Virus record (IMG/VR): IMGVR_UViG_3300007346_000024
Strand: one strand, 5' to 3'
DNA from: an uncultured virus (IMG/VR IMGVR_UViG_3300007346_000024)
Taxonomy: Duplodnaviria; Heunggongvirae; Uroviricota; Caudoviricetes
Length of the DNA stretch: 64,000 nucleotides
Position numbers and translations under genes: made by a program. Each line of letters opens with the position of its first letter. Within the stretch, counting starts at the first letter, position 1. This document shows positions 8,146 through 17,605 of the stretch, one piece after another. The notes under the pieces are model-generated. The model was not told where the DNA came from. It saw nothing but the letters and a program-made list of their open reading frames with translations, and did no database searches.

Positions 8146-10379
8146 TACGCTCTTTTTCCAATTAAATAAACTTTTAACCCTGTTCCTGCTACTGTAGAGC
8201 CTACTTGGTCTATATCAATAGTTATTTCAGCGTCATCAGCTAAAGCACTGTCTGATATTACAGGAGGCGTGACAGCCGTTACGGATGTTTTTTCTCCTGC
8301 GTCAATTGAAATAACTGTACTTAAAACAGATGTTCCGCTTTCATTTATATCGCATGTTAAATTAGCTCCTGTTGGTGCTGTTGTAACACTTGCTCTAACA
8401 TCTTCTAAAGTCATAGCGTAAGGCATTCTGAAAGTAACTTTAGCTGCACCTGTTGTTAAGTCAGTTGTTTCATCTGAAGCTGCTACAACTAACACTTCTG
8501 ATTCTCCATCCCAAGCACCATAACCATTAGCGTCTGATTTTAAAACTTTACCTAAAGCCTCTGTACCGTCTACTAATCTTATCGCATAATTGCTTGTTCC
8601 TCCTGAAGCTCTAAAGTAACCTCCTAAGTTAATACCTGTTGACGTTCCTGAAGCTCTACCCTCTACACCTGTATTTGCTGCTGAAGAACCTCCTGCCGAA
8701 CCTATTACACCTGTATTAAGAGTTCCTGAAGAGCTTAAATTTTGTCCGAAAACCGCTGTCGCATTAGCTCCATTTACATTTGCAAGAATACCTGAACGAG
8801 ACGCGTCACTAATATACATTCTGTAAGCTGTAGTTGGAGCAATACCGATACCAATGCTTCCTGAGTCATCAATCTCTAATAAAGAGGTTGATAAACTATT
8901 CTCTACTAATAAAGCAGTAGTAGCAGAAGTAGACCCTTCGCCTTTAATATACAAAGTTGAAGGTATAGGTAATGTAGTGCTGTTTAAAGACATTCTTTTA
9001 GCTGAAAACATAGCTGTATGCACGTTTTGAGCTAATATTCTCAAAGTATTGTTAGACTTAATATACTCAGCATTACTTGCAGCATATAATCTTAAATTGT
9101 TAGATGGAACACCACCTGCCTGAACTAACAACCCTCTGTTAGTTGTAGAATTAAGCACCTCAACAGCTCCTGCATCTGTAACCTTAAAAACAGCTCTTGT
9201 AGTATTACTTAAAGATAAGTCATAACCGTTTAAAGAATGTGTTCTATTAGCGTCTAATGTTAAATCAGTATTAGCGAAGTTCGGGATATTTCCACTTATA
9301 ATACCATTATCTAGTATTTTAAATAACTCCGTTCCTAAACTATTTTCTACTAATAGCGAAGTGGTTGCAGAAGTTGACCCATTACCTGTTATATGCACCC
9401 TTGTACCTGCGGCAGGAAGATTTGTTACAGCGTTGCTAAATCTAACATCTCGACCAAAAGAAGTTTCACCGTTAAACTGAACCTTCATGGCATCAACTGT
9501 TCCGTTATTTGCCTTTAATGTCCATTGGTAGAAGCTTGCATTCATGTATCCTGCTCCTCCATCCCAAAAAGATAAACTATTATCAATGTTACCTGTTCCG
9601 TTCCATATTCTGAATCTATTAGATACCGAAGTTTTGAATATTAAGTCAGACCCGTTAAAATCTACAGTCCTCCTATTAGAAGTTCCTCCCGTTCCTGTTA
9701 TAACATCATCGGCTGTATAAATAGTGTTTACACTTGATGCAGTTTGCCAAGAAGCATTACCATTTGCGTCTGAAGTTAATACTTTACCCGCTCCTTGATT
9801 ACCATCAACTAACTGTAAAACATAGGAATTACCCGCTCCTGCATTAGCAGCCTCAAAGTAACCTGCAATATTGTCTCCTGAATTGCTTTCATTAGCAACA
9901 ACGCTAATACCGTAACCTAAACCGTCAGTCCAACTACCGTGAAATAAAGCTGCTGCTTTAATCGAAATATTTAAAGGCGACCAACCTGCCGCATTATCTC
10001 TTGCTCTTGCGTAAATTGACTGAACTATAGAAGGAGAAGTTCCTGTTACTGTAGTTGTAAATAATCCATTCCATGAATTAGAACCTGAACTATCGGCAAC
10101 TGAATCAATATTATTAGGAATACCTCCTGTGAAAGTACCTTCTATCTTTATACCGTTGATGTTATTGTTGTCAATCCAAAGCTTAGCACCGCTACCCAAA
10201 GCTCCATCAGATAATGTTAGGGTTGTCCCATCAAATCTGAAATTATCTGTATATATGAAGTCATTTCCCGCAGGATTCATATAAGGGATTTGCCTATTAG
10301 TACCTAAGCTAATGCTTGACCCACCCCCTGAGCCTGCTCCCTTAAATATCCCAAAACCTGAACCTATTCTTGTTCCCAT
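8145..10379 (-). CDS. Long fibre/spike protein with internal repeats
   Basis: G/S/T/N-rich; repeats GSTSATT.LLVENSL (x2) and LVDG...GKVL.SDANG...W (x2); C-terminal SDETTDLTTG...FRMPYA tip domain. Confidence 0.65.
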   Translation of the reverse strand: MGTRIGSGFGIFKGAGSGGGSSISLGTNRQIPYMNPAGNDFIYTDNFRFDGTTLTLSDGALGSGAKLWIDNNNINGIKIEGTFTGGIPNNIDSVADSSGSNSWNGLFTTTVTGTSPSIVQSIYARARDNAAGWSPLNISIKAAALFHGSWTDGLGYGISVVANESNSGDNIAGYFEAANAGAGNSYVLQLVDGNQGAGKVLTSDANGNASWQTASSVNTIYTADDVITGTGGTSNRRTVDFNGSDLIFKTSVSNRFRIWNGTGNIDNSLSFWDGGAGYMNASFYQWTLKANNGTVDAMKVQFNGETSFGRDVRFSNAVTNLPAAGTRVHITGNGSTSATTSLLVENSLGTELFKILDNGIISGNIPNFANTDLTLDANRTHSLNGYDLSLSNTTRAVFKVTDAGAVEVLNSTTNRGLLVQAGGVPSNNLRLYAASNAEYIKSNNTLRILAQNVHTAMFSAKRMSLNSTTLPIPSTLYIKGEGSTSATTALLVENSLSTSLLEIDDSGSIGIGIAPTTAYRMYISDASRSGILANVNGANATAVFGQNLSSSGTLNTGVIGSAGGSSAANTGVEGRASGTSTGINLGGYFRASGGTSNYAIRLVDGTEALGKVLKSDANGYGAWDGESEVLVVAASDETTDLTTGAAKVTFRMPYAMTLEDVRASVTTAPTGANLTCDINESGTSVLSTVISIDAGEKTSVTAVTPPVISDSALADDAEITIDIDQVGSTVAGTGLKVYLIGKRA

Positions 10380-10398
10380 AATTTCTTAATCTAAACTT

Positions 10399-10593
10399 TT
10401 ACAAATGAAATTTAAAAACTCTACAGTAATATCTTTGTGCTGAACCTTTCTGAAACATTAAATCATTACCGCTCAAGTTAACTGTTCCATATCCTGCTAG
10501 GAAACTATCACTATTATAAACAGTTAAAGCAGACCCACATCCTGAGCCTGCTCCTTTAAATATTCCAAAACCTGAACCTATTCTAGTTCCCAT
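10399..10593 (-). pseudogene. Truncated duplicate of the fibre gene start
   Basis: First 18 aa MGTRIGSGFGIFKGAGSG identical to 8145..10379; ends after 64 aa. Confidence 0.5.
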
Positions 10594-10673
10594 TACCTAT
10601 TATTTATCTTAATAAATACAGAGTACACTAAGTAATTATTTCTTAGTTAAGTCTGCAATGTAAAGATAAACAA

Positions 10674-11006
10674 TTAAGCAGTAGGTAATTCAACGATTGC
10701 AACTGTATAACCTTCAGACTCTAATTGTGCTTTTACTTTCTGATGACCCAATTGCAAAGATTGCTCTTCTCCTGCTGCTACATCTACAGTTATTTCGTAA
10801 TTATCTTGCAGCTCTTCTGTTTTTAAGAAACTTGAATCCTCTGTTTCGTAAAGTGCTTTAGACTCATAATTATAAAGTGCTGCTTGCATTGACTCACCGT
10901 TTTTAGGTAGTGCAAACTCTAGTCTAGAGTAAATAGTATTTAACTCTATTGTAGTTCCTTTGATTGTTAATTTGCTTGTTTCTGACGCTGTAATTTCTAA
11001 TGCCAT
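10674..11006 (-). CDS. Hypothetical protein
   Basis: 110-aa ORF. Confidence 0.6.
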   Translation of the reverse strand: MALEITASETSKLTIKGTTIELNTIYSRLEFALPKNGESMQAALYNYESKALYETEDSSFLKTEELQDNYEITVDVAAGEEQSLQLGHQKVKAQLESEGYTVAIVELPTA

Positions 11007-11023
11007 TTCTATTTTTTTTTATA

Positions 11024-11302
11024 TTAAACTATTGCTGTAATTTTTAGAGTACAACCCACAGGAGCCGTTATAACCACCTCTCCTAGAACCGAAGCTTCGA
11101 TTGAAGCTACCGTATAAGTCTCCCCTTCTTCTAAATTAATAGGAGAAGGAGTTATATCCTCTAGTTTTTGAGTTCCTGTAACTGTTCCCGCTGTTGCTGT
11201 AGGGTTATAAACTGATAACATTCTAACACCCATAGACTCTGTGATAGTTATACTATCATTTGTAATCTCAGCAGTAAACACATTGCTTTTTAATACACTC
11301 AT
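11024..11302 (-). CDS. Small all-beta structural protein
   Basis: 92 aa with alternating hydrophobic pattern. Confidence 0.5.
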   Translation of the reverse strand: MSVLKSNVFTAEITNDSITITESMGVRMLSVYNPTATAGTVTGTQKLEDITPSPINLEEGETYTVASIEASVLGEVVITAPVGCTLKITAIV

Positions 11303-11303
11303 A

Positions 11304-11720
11304 TTATTCTGTAAAAATATCTTTTAACTCAACCTCTTGAACAAGCTCTGCGTTATTGTAAATACCTATTTCAAAATCTTTTTCAGGAGTTCTTCCCTCA
11401 TCAATTCTGATATAAATTCTACTCGGCAAAACATCATGTTCTTGCGAAACGCTCATGAAGTATTTTGTGAAAAAATTTGATGCGTGGTAATCTTTTCCAA
11501 GCAAATCTACTTTCTCACCTAAAACATCTTGAACAAATCTCAAGTCCTTGTTTACAGGCTTCCCGTTTACCGCACAAAAATACTTAGGACTCGTTGTTGG
11601 GTTTGTGTCCGTTGGCTTTGTGTGGATAAACAAACTAATCTCTTTCGTTGTAACTCCTTGTAATGAAGCTAAGTTTCTCAAAGCTTTCTTCATCGCTTTC
11701 GCAATCATCTCTGCAATCAT
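11304..11720 (-). CDS. Hypothetical protein
   Basis: 138-aa ORF downstream of a TAnnTTTG box. Confidence 0.6.
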   Translation of the reverse strand: MIAEMIAKAMKKALRNLASLQGVTTKEISLFIHTKPTDTNPTTSPKYFCAVNGKPVNKDLRFVQDVLGEKVDLLGKDYHASNFFTKYFMSVSQEHDVLPSRIYIRIDEGRTPEKDFEIGIYNNAELVQEVELKDIFTE

Positions 11721-11751
11721 TGTAATAAAATTATTTGGTTAATAACTATTA

Positions 11752-11759
11752 CAAAAATA
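11752..11759 (-). promoter_or_regulatory. -7 box TATTTTTG
   Basis: TAnnTTTG match in intergenic gap. Confidence 0.55.
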
Positions 11760-11781
11760 GTAAATTACTAAACAAGTATTA

Positions 11782-12267
11782 CTACTCATCCATAAAGTCT
11801 CCTAATCGTATGTCAATATCTAAAGGAATACTAATAGGGAGACCAAACTTATTAACCCCTAATGAGCCTTTTAGATTTATGATTAAGTTTTTAAAGTCAG
11901 GAGTCAACATCATAGCCGCACCCGTGCTTCCTAATACTTGTTTCAAATTTGCTTTAATATCTACCTCGATAACTTTAGACGAAAAAGGTTTTAAATCAAA
12001 ACCGCTTTTTGATTTTACATCAGCTACCTTGTGACCATTAAGAGATACTACAAAATTGTACCTTTTTATTACAGCCTCTAAATCAGTTGGGTTTTTAACT
12101 TCTAAAAAAAGAGTAGCGTTAAGCGTACCCTTGTTTAAAGAAACTAATCTATAGTCTTTAGGGATGTATTCTAGCTTATAAGCGTTCTGAACTTGCTTGC
12201 TAACATACAAATAACCCCCACCCGCTAAGGCTAGAACTCCTAATCCTATTAAAACCTTTTTGTTCAC
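11782..12267 (-). CDS. LEA_2/WHy-like membrane-anchored protein
   Basis: Signal anchor; LEVKNPT...NG..VA...LKPFS...KGSL pattern. Confidence 0.65.
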   Translation of the reverse strand: MNKKVLIGLGVLALAGGGYLYVSKQVQNAYKLEYIPKDYRLVSLNKGTLNATLFLEVKNPTDLEAVIKRYNFVVSLNGHKVADVKSKSGFDLKPFSSKVIEVDIKANLKQVLGSTGAAMMLTPDFKNLIINLKGSLGVNKFGLPISIPLDIDIRLGDFMDE

Positions 12268-12518
12268 TATTTACCCGCTTTTGCTTTTTTGATAATAACA
12301 ACCATCAAGGCAATACCTAAAAGACCTGCTCCAACTACACCTGCTGTAGCTAAAGGAGACCATTTACTCTCTTCGTCAACCTGAGTGTTTTTTGCTACAG
12401 CCGCTTGAGCTAACAATAAATCAGCATTAGGGTCTCCGTGCTTAATAAGCTTAAGCCTTTCTTTTCTCTCTAAGCATTCGTCTTTTTTATCCCCTCTTTT
12501 TAAGAAACATAGTGCCAT
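12267..12518 (-). CDS. Small C-terminally anchored membrane protein
   Basis: C-terminal TM plus basic tail. Confidence 0.6.
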   Translation of the reverse strand: MALCFLKRGDKKDECLERKERLKLIKHGDPNADLLLAQAAVAKNTQVDEESKWSPLATAGVVGAGLLGIALMVVIIKKAKAGK

Positions 12519-12521
12519 ATT

Positions 12522-12788
12522 CTACCATTTATTTAAAGGACAATTCTCATCCTTGTACTCTGTTTTTAACTTCACAAAGCAACCGCACATTTTACAGTTA
12601 CCCGTTTTAGTAAGACCTCTTTCTCCTTGCTTAGCCTTGATGCCTGTAACCTTTTTCTGACCCGCTTCTAAACTACAAGTCATACAAGTTGCAAGTCTGT
12701 TTTTTCTTTCTTGCTCGGAAACTTTTTCGTCTGTACTATCTTTCTTTAAAGTAGTATAAACTTTGTCTACTAATTTATTTGCTCTCAT
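12522..12788 (-). CDS. Cys-rich zinc-binding protein
   Basis: RLATCMTC...CKMCGCFVKLKT...CPLNKW. Confidence 0.65.
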   Translation of the reverse strand: MRANKLVDKVYTTLKKDSTDEKVSEQERKNRLATCMTCSLEAGQKKVTGIKAKQGERGLTKTGNCKMCGCFVKLKTEYKDENCPLNKW

Positions 12789-12829
12789 ATCATTTTCTTG
12801 TTGGTTAATAACTAACCTAAAGATAATGA

Positions 12830-13339
12830 TTATTTCTTTTTAGCGATTAAGGCTATACCTACAATAAGGATTAAAGCACCACCTCCAATAAGACCGTACT
12901 TTAGACCATTGCTCATACCTTCTGAAGCTTCTGAGTCTGTAGAACCTGAGCTTGCTCCTGAACCTGTAGAACCTGAGCTTAAGCTAGCTCTAGACGCAGC
13001 TTCTCTTCTAAGTCTATCTTCTTCAGCTTTAATAGCTGCCTCTTCTTCAGCTCTTAATTGCTCTTCGTATGCCGCAGTTTCTTCATTTAAAATATCTTCC
13101 TGTAATTTTACAGCGTCAGACTTAAAAAGACTCCCCGTTTCAATTCTTTGCTCAAACTTTCTATCACAATCATTTCTACAATCTCTTCTCATTGCAGTCC
13201 TCTTGCTCTTGCTTTTTAGGATTCCTAATCTTTCGCAAGCAAGCTTACAAGTAGCTCTCAAAGCTGTGGCTCCCGCTGCCTCACTGTACTCATCTCCACA
13301 CGAAGGAGAAAAACCTAATTCGTAATCTAAATTGTGCAT
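12830..13339 (-). CDS. C-terminally anchored membrane protein (Cys pairs, coiled coil, GS linker)
   Basis: YSEAAG motif, CxxxC pairs, C-terminal TM plus KKK. Confidence 0.65.
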   Translation of the reverse strand: MHNLDYELGFSPSCGDEYSEAAGATALRATCKLACERLGILKSKSKRTAMRRDCRNDCDRKFEQRIETGSLFKSDAVKLQEDILNEETAAYEEQLRAEEEAAIKAEEDRLRREAASRASLSSGSTGSGASSGSTDSEASEGMSNGLKYGLIGGGALILIVGIALIAKKK

Positions 13340-13346
13340 ATCTTTT

Positions 13347-14177
13347 TTATTTTCTTCTTAACATTAATACTAAGGCAATAGCTCCTAAACCTAAAGCTCC
13401 CCACTTTAAATATTTTGAATTATCTGAATCAGCTTCTTCTGTCATGTAATCATCTTCAATTACCGATGAATCTGTGTACATTCCATCAGGATTAATGCCT
13501 CCTTCAAAAAGGTCTCCCGCTAAAATTTCATCTTCAATAGACATTCCACTAGTACCTAAACCTAAAGTGTCTTCTCCTTCTACAGGGACATCCATTACGG
13601 CTTCTTCTAATACAGTCTCAACAAAATCGCCTTTAGAACCCTTAGAGCTGTCATCAAACTTATTTGAAACCATAGCGTCTAAAACCTGAACTTGGTCTTT
13701 AGACGAACCCGTTTCTAGACGTTTAAGCGTGTCAATTCTATCTAAGTCTCTTCTAGCTTCAGTAGCTCTAGACATAGATAACTTTTTAGACATACTTCCC
13801 TCTCTAACAGCTATGCTATATCTTGTCTCATTCTTACCGAAAGGAAGTTTAATATCTGCAATACCTATTTTAACTCTGTTAATATCTTCAGCCGCAACAT
13901 GTTTTTTATTAAACAACTTTACTGAAACCTTTACTTTTATAGCCAAATAAGGTATTTCAATAATCTTTCCTTTTGAAAGAATCATTGTGTTCTCTGTCTT
14001 CCTAATTATTTTAATAGGTGCTTTTGCTGAAAAAGCCGACTTTACATGATACTCTAAGTAAACGATAGACTTAGCAGGTATTACAATACTCTTTCTACCT
14101 ACTTTAGTATCTAATGTAATCATGTGCTTGTAGTAAGGATTTACATTAGCTTTTCTCTTTGCGATTGCTTTTAACAT
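13347..14177 (-). CDS. C-terminally anchored membrane protein
   Basis: Basic beta-rich N-domain, acidic linker, C-terminal TM plus RRK. Confidence 0.65.
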   Translation of the reverse strand: MLKAIAKRKANVNPYYKHMITLDTKVGRKSIVIPAKSIVYLEYHVKSAFSAKAPIKIIRKTENTMILSKGKIIEIPYLAIKVKVSVKLFNKKHVAAEDINRVKIGIADIKLPFGKNETRYSIAVREGSMSKKLSMSRATEARRDLDRIDTLKRLETGSSKDQVQVLDAMVSNKFDDSSKGSKGDFVETVLEEAVMDVPVEGEDTLGLGTSGMSIEDEILAGDLFEGGINPDGMYTDSSVIEDDYMTEEADSDNSKYLKWGALGLGAIALVLMLRRK

Positions 14178-14181
14178 ATTC

Positions 14182-14766
14182 TTATTTTTTTCTTAGTAGT
14201 AAAACTGTAACAACACCTAAAACAGCTACACCTGCTACAATACCAACAACTAAACCTGTTTTGCTTCCTGAACCCTCGCTTGCTCCCGCTCCCGCTCCTG
14301 AACCTGCACCTGCACCTGCACCTGCACCTGAATCTGAACCTCCTCCAATTAAAACATCTGAAGAAAGACCTTTTTTATCTAATTTAATTTGATTAACACA
14401 AGAAGAATAGCACTGCTTACCTCCTTGACCCCACTTTAGACCTTTATCATCTTTACAGGTTTGTTTACACTCTTTTCTCTGACCTGATACAATTGCAGGG
14501 TATCCGAAAACACTTCTTGTTCCAAATAAATTACTGTAGTTTTCATCGTGAAAAACCTCTTCTGTTAAATCTCTGTCAGAATCTTCGTTCCATCCGTCCA
14601 TATTGCTCATATTTTCTAACGCTTGGGTATCGTTGTAAAAATCTAAAGACCAATCTTCAGTACCCAACTGAACTTGATACTTATTCATCCCTCTTACATA
14701 AGGGCTTTTAATATTTACATTTCTATTAGGTAATCCTAAATGCAATTGTTGTGCGTAACTTTCCAT
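14182..14766 (-). CDS. C-terminally anchored membrane protein
   Basis: MSNMDGW and YSNLFG motifs, CxxxC pairs, (GA)n linker, C-terminal TM. Confidence 0.65.
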   Translation of the reverse strand: MESYAQQLHLGLPNRNVNIKSPYVRGMNKYQVQLGTEDWSLDFYNDTQALENMSNMDGWNEDSDRDLTEEVFHDENYSNLFGTRSVFGYPAIVSGQRKECKQTCKDDKGLKWGQGGKQCYSSCVNQIKLDKKGLSSDVLIGGGSDSGAGAGAGAGSGAGAGASEGSGSKTGLVVGIVAGVAVLGVVTVLLLRKK

Positions 14767-14767
14767 C

Positions 14768-15277
14768 TTAAATATTCTTTAAAGTGATAACGTCCTCTCT
14801 TACATATCCATAGAAATGGTCAGGAGTTATATAATTCATATCAGGCTCGTCTAACTTCACTTTGAACCACTTATACTTGTCCCCGTATTCTTCAGAATCA
14901 ACAACAGCAGTTACAAGACCAACTCTCTTAGTATAATCTTCATATATGTTATTATTGATTGTACCATCATTTATCTTAGCTGAAGAACGAACATTAACAT
15001 CTTTACCTTTTGGATAAGCAAACATTCCTACTTTCTTATCCCCAACTTCCTTAAGAACTTCTTCAACAGCCGTTTCCTGATTTTCTTTTGCTAAAATTTG
15101 AGCTGCAACAGCTTTCTTTTCAGCTTCAGATTTAGCTCCTTTTATAGCTTCAGCAATCCTAGCTTTCGTTTCAGCCTCTCTTTGCTGCTTCTTCTTTTTA
15201 GCGATAGAAGTCCACAAGTAAACGCCTCCCCCTAAAAGAAGTGTTGAAGCTATACCGATTACTAATTTCTTGTTCAT
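14768..15277 (-). CDS. Membrane-anchored bacterial SH3 (SH3b) protein
   Basis: Signal anchor; VNVRSS...YKWFKVK...GYVREDVI. Confidence 0.65.
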   Translation of the reverse strand: MNKKLVIGIASTLLLGGGVYLWTSIAKKKKQQREAETKARIAEAIKGAKSEAEKKAVAAQILAKENQETAVEEVLKEVGDKKVGMFAYPKGKDVNVRSSAKINDGTINNNIYEDYTKRVGLVTAVVDSEEYGDKYKWFKVKLDEPDMNYITPDHFYGYVREDVITLKNI

Positions 15278-15281
15278 ATTA

Positions 15282-15289
15282 CAAATTTA
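15282..15289 (-). promoter_or_regulatory. -7 box TAAATTTG
   Basis: TAnnTTTG immediately upstream of ATG 15277. Confidence 0.5.
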
Positions 15290-15321
15290 TTTAATAAATA
15301 GATAGGTTTTTAAATTGTCAA

Positions 15322-15762
15322 TTATTTAAAAGAAACAGCGTCTTCTCTTACCCAACCTGTGTCAACTCCTTCAATAACTGTCTTAGGCTTAACTTTATAC
15401 CATAAGTAAGAATCAGAACCAATTTTAGCGTCAACAATAGTCCCTATAGGGTTTGAATCTACTTTAGCTAAAACATTACCTGATAAATAACATAAATCAA
15501 AAACACAACGGCTAGTACCATCAATCACAGGAGTTTGTCTAATGTGAGTATATCCTTCTTTAGAAGAAACGTTAACTTCTTTTCCAATTAAATCAGCCGC
15601 TTGAGAAGGCACTTCAACTTCTTTTTGTTCACAGTCCTCTCCTTTGCATTTTGCCTTCTCAGAACCTCCCGTTCCTTTATCTTTTTTCTTAGTAAGCAGT
15701 AAAATTGTAACTCCTGCCAAAACAACGCTTACTGAAGCGATTATAATGTGTGACTTTTTCAT
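15322..15762 (-). CDS. Membrane-anchored SH3b protein (paralogue of 14768..15277)
   Basis: Signal anchor; THIRQTP...YLWYKVK...GWVREDAV. Confidence 0.65.
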   Translation of the reverse strand: MKKSHIIIASVSVVLAGVTILLLTKKKDKGTGGSEKAKCKGEDCEQKEVEVPSQAADLIGKEVNVSSKEGYTHIRQTPVIDGTSRCVFDLCYLSGNVLAKVDSNPIGTIVDAKIGSDSYLWYKVKPKTVIEGVDTGWVREDAVSFK

Positions 15763-15763
15763 A

Positions 15764-16231
15764 TTAATAACCTAATGTTTTAAGTAGTCTTTTCTTTTCG
15801 TTTTTATTAAACTCTTCAATGATAACATCAATTAAGCTTTCCTCATATCTTATCATATATTCTTTACTTACTAAAGACATGTTGTGAGGGTTAGCCGCCT
15901 CTCTAACTGCTCCATAAAGAGCTTCTTCATCAGTACCCACTCCTGAAGCTGCTTTTTCAAAAACATAAGCAATTTGCTTAGCTCTAAAAGGGTCGATTGT
16001 AGTTTTTATAGGGTTGTAAAAATTAGGTTTGAAGTGATTCAATTTAGATAACTTCTCGTTTATCCTAGTATCCTCTTTATCTTCAATTATACCTAGTTTT
16101 TTTAACGTACCTCTCACTAGTAAAAAACCTCCTACAGTTGATACTAAAATCAATCCTCCTATAACATATGGAGTTGCTTTGTTTTTACTTAAACCGTCTA
16201 CCGCTGCTGCTGCTACTAAAGGTGCTGCCAT
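15764..16231 (-). CDS. Membrane protein with annexin-like repeat
   Basis: TM helix then ASGVGTDEEALY...Y..RY..SL...I..EF. Confidence 0.55.
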   Translation of the reverse strand: MAAPLVAAAAVDGLSKNKATPYVIGGLILVSTVGGFLLVRGTLKKLGIIEDKEDTRINEKLSKLNHFKPNFYNPIKTTIDPFRAKQIAYVFEKAASGVGTDEEALYGAVREAANPHNMSLVSKEYMIRYEESLIDVIIEEFNKNEKKRLLKTLGY

Positions 16232-16258
16232 AACTTATTTTTTTTGTTTATTCAAGAC

Positions 16259-17020
16259 CTAATTTACGTTACAAATTCTAGTTTTCAATTCATCGAAATT
16301 ATCAATGAATGCTTTTAAGTATGCATAACGCTCCTTATTTGTTTCAGTAGGAGTATTATGGAAGGTTTCCAAGAAAGCCTTGTGTGCTTCAATTACAGGA
16401 TAACCTAAACTTAAATAAATTGTCAATGCGTTCAAATCGGCTTCTATCTCATCTTTCTGAATTTCATTCATGTAGTAATGACTGAATTCATGACATAGGA
16501 TAGCCATTCTCATTGGAATACTCATTTTAGAGTATTTAGCTTGACTGATTTCCATTCTACCTGTGCTATTTGATATTCTAGCAGGAGTACTAATAACTTT
16601 CCCTTCGTGCTTAATAACAGGAAGGTAGTCAATCGTGTACATCTTATCGTCACTTTGGTATCTACCCGCTGATAAAATACCTGCGTCTTCACTAAATTGC
16701 TTAGCAAACTCGATGAACGATTGAGTTTCTTCACCAATTAAGCAAGGGTTGTACTGTTCTAAATCAACTCTTTCTAAATTAGTAACCTCAAAAGGCTGAC
16801 CTTTATCAGACCAAACCTTAATCAATAACTTCTTAGGACTCTGAGGCAATCTAATCTCAAACTCCTCTTCACCTTGTACAGTACTCCACCTATCTAGATA
16901 CAAAGCACCTTTCTTAAAAGGGTCTATTGCTCTAATATGAATCTTAGTAGGTCTTTCTGTTGATACACCTACTTTAATATTAGATGGCTGTCTATTTGTT
17001 TCTGCAAAAAATTGCTTCAT
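16259..17020 (-). CDS. HExxH zinc metallopeptidase
   Basis: ILCHEFSH followed by EIEADLNA. Confidence 0.7.
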   Translation of the reverse strand: MKQFFAETNRQPSNIKVGVSTERPTKIHIRAIDPFKKGALYLDRWSTVQGEEEFEIRLPQSPKKLLIKVWSDKGQPFEVTNLERVDLEQYNPCLIGEETQSFIEFAKQFSEDAGILSAGRYQSDDKMYTIDYLPVIKHEGKVISTPARISNSTGRMEISQAKYSKMSIPMRMAILCHEFSHYYMNEIQKDEIEADLNALTIYLSLGYPVIEAHKAFLETFHNTPTETNKERYAYLKAFIDNFDELKTRICNVN

Positions 17021-17118
17021 TAGTCTTCTTTTTTAGAGTACTTCTTATAAGCCATTAAAGCTATAAAAACAACCCCTAATACTACAGCTATCTTATCTCC
17101 TTGTTTTAACCCTTTCAT
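17020..17118 (-). CDS. 32-aa membrane peptide (not in ORF track)
   Basis: MKGLKQGDKIAVVLGVVFIALMAYKKYSKKED; TAATG overlap with the peptidase start. Confidence 0.6.
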   Translation of the reverse strand: MKGLKQGDKIAVVLGVVFIALMAYKKYSKKED

Positions 17119-17127
17119 TATAAATGA

Positions 17128-17604
17128 TTAAGAACATCTACGTAATTTATCATTACCCCATTTAGCACACCTGTCAATACCTGCCTTGTCAACGCATGCA
17201 GAACCGTCTCCGTATTCAGTCATTCCATCGGGACAATAACATCTACCTAAGCTAGCATTTCCGTATAAAGCACACCTCCAAGTTGAATTCTTAGTACTAA
17301 CACACGCAGAACCGTCTCCATACTTTTTCATTCCCGAAGGACAATTGGCATAAGACTTACCTTTTAAAGCAGCTATTTCAGCTCTTGCTGCTTCTCTAGA
17401 AGAAGTTTCCTTTAGTCTAGTAGACATTTCAGCTTTTGCTCTAGACATATCTAGTCTAGACTTTTGCATTCTCTTTTCGTCTTCTAAGTCTCCTTGAAGT
17501 TTTTCAGCTAAAGCGTCCTTGTCTTTTTTATCTTTAATAATAAAGTAAGCACCCGCTCCTAAAGCAAGTACTCCTAAACCTATAATTAAAACCTTTTTGT
17601 TCAT
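17128..17604 (-). CDS. Signal-anchored protein with two Cys-rich repeats
   Basis: CP.GM..YGDGSACV...RCA..GN x2. Confidence 0.65.
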   Translation of the reverse strand: MNKKVLIIGLGVLALGAGAYFIIKDKKDKDALAEKLQGDLEDEKRMQKSRLDMSRAKAEMSTRLKETSSREAARAEIAALKGKSYANCPSGMKKYGDGSACVSTKNSTWRCALYGNASLGRCYCPDGMTEYGDGSACVDKAGIDRCAKWGNDKLRRCS

Positions 17605-17605
17605 A

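Noticed and set aside
10326..10593. Fibre-start duplication as a DGR template/variable repeat or invertible cassette
   Set aside because: Direct orientation, at the N-terminus, differences not adenine-specific, no reverse transcriptase or invertase in window
14279..14330. (GCACCT)n repeat as a contingency locus
   Set aside because: In-frame hexamer encoding a Gly-Ala linker; slippage would not shift frame
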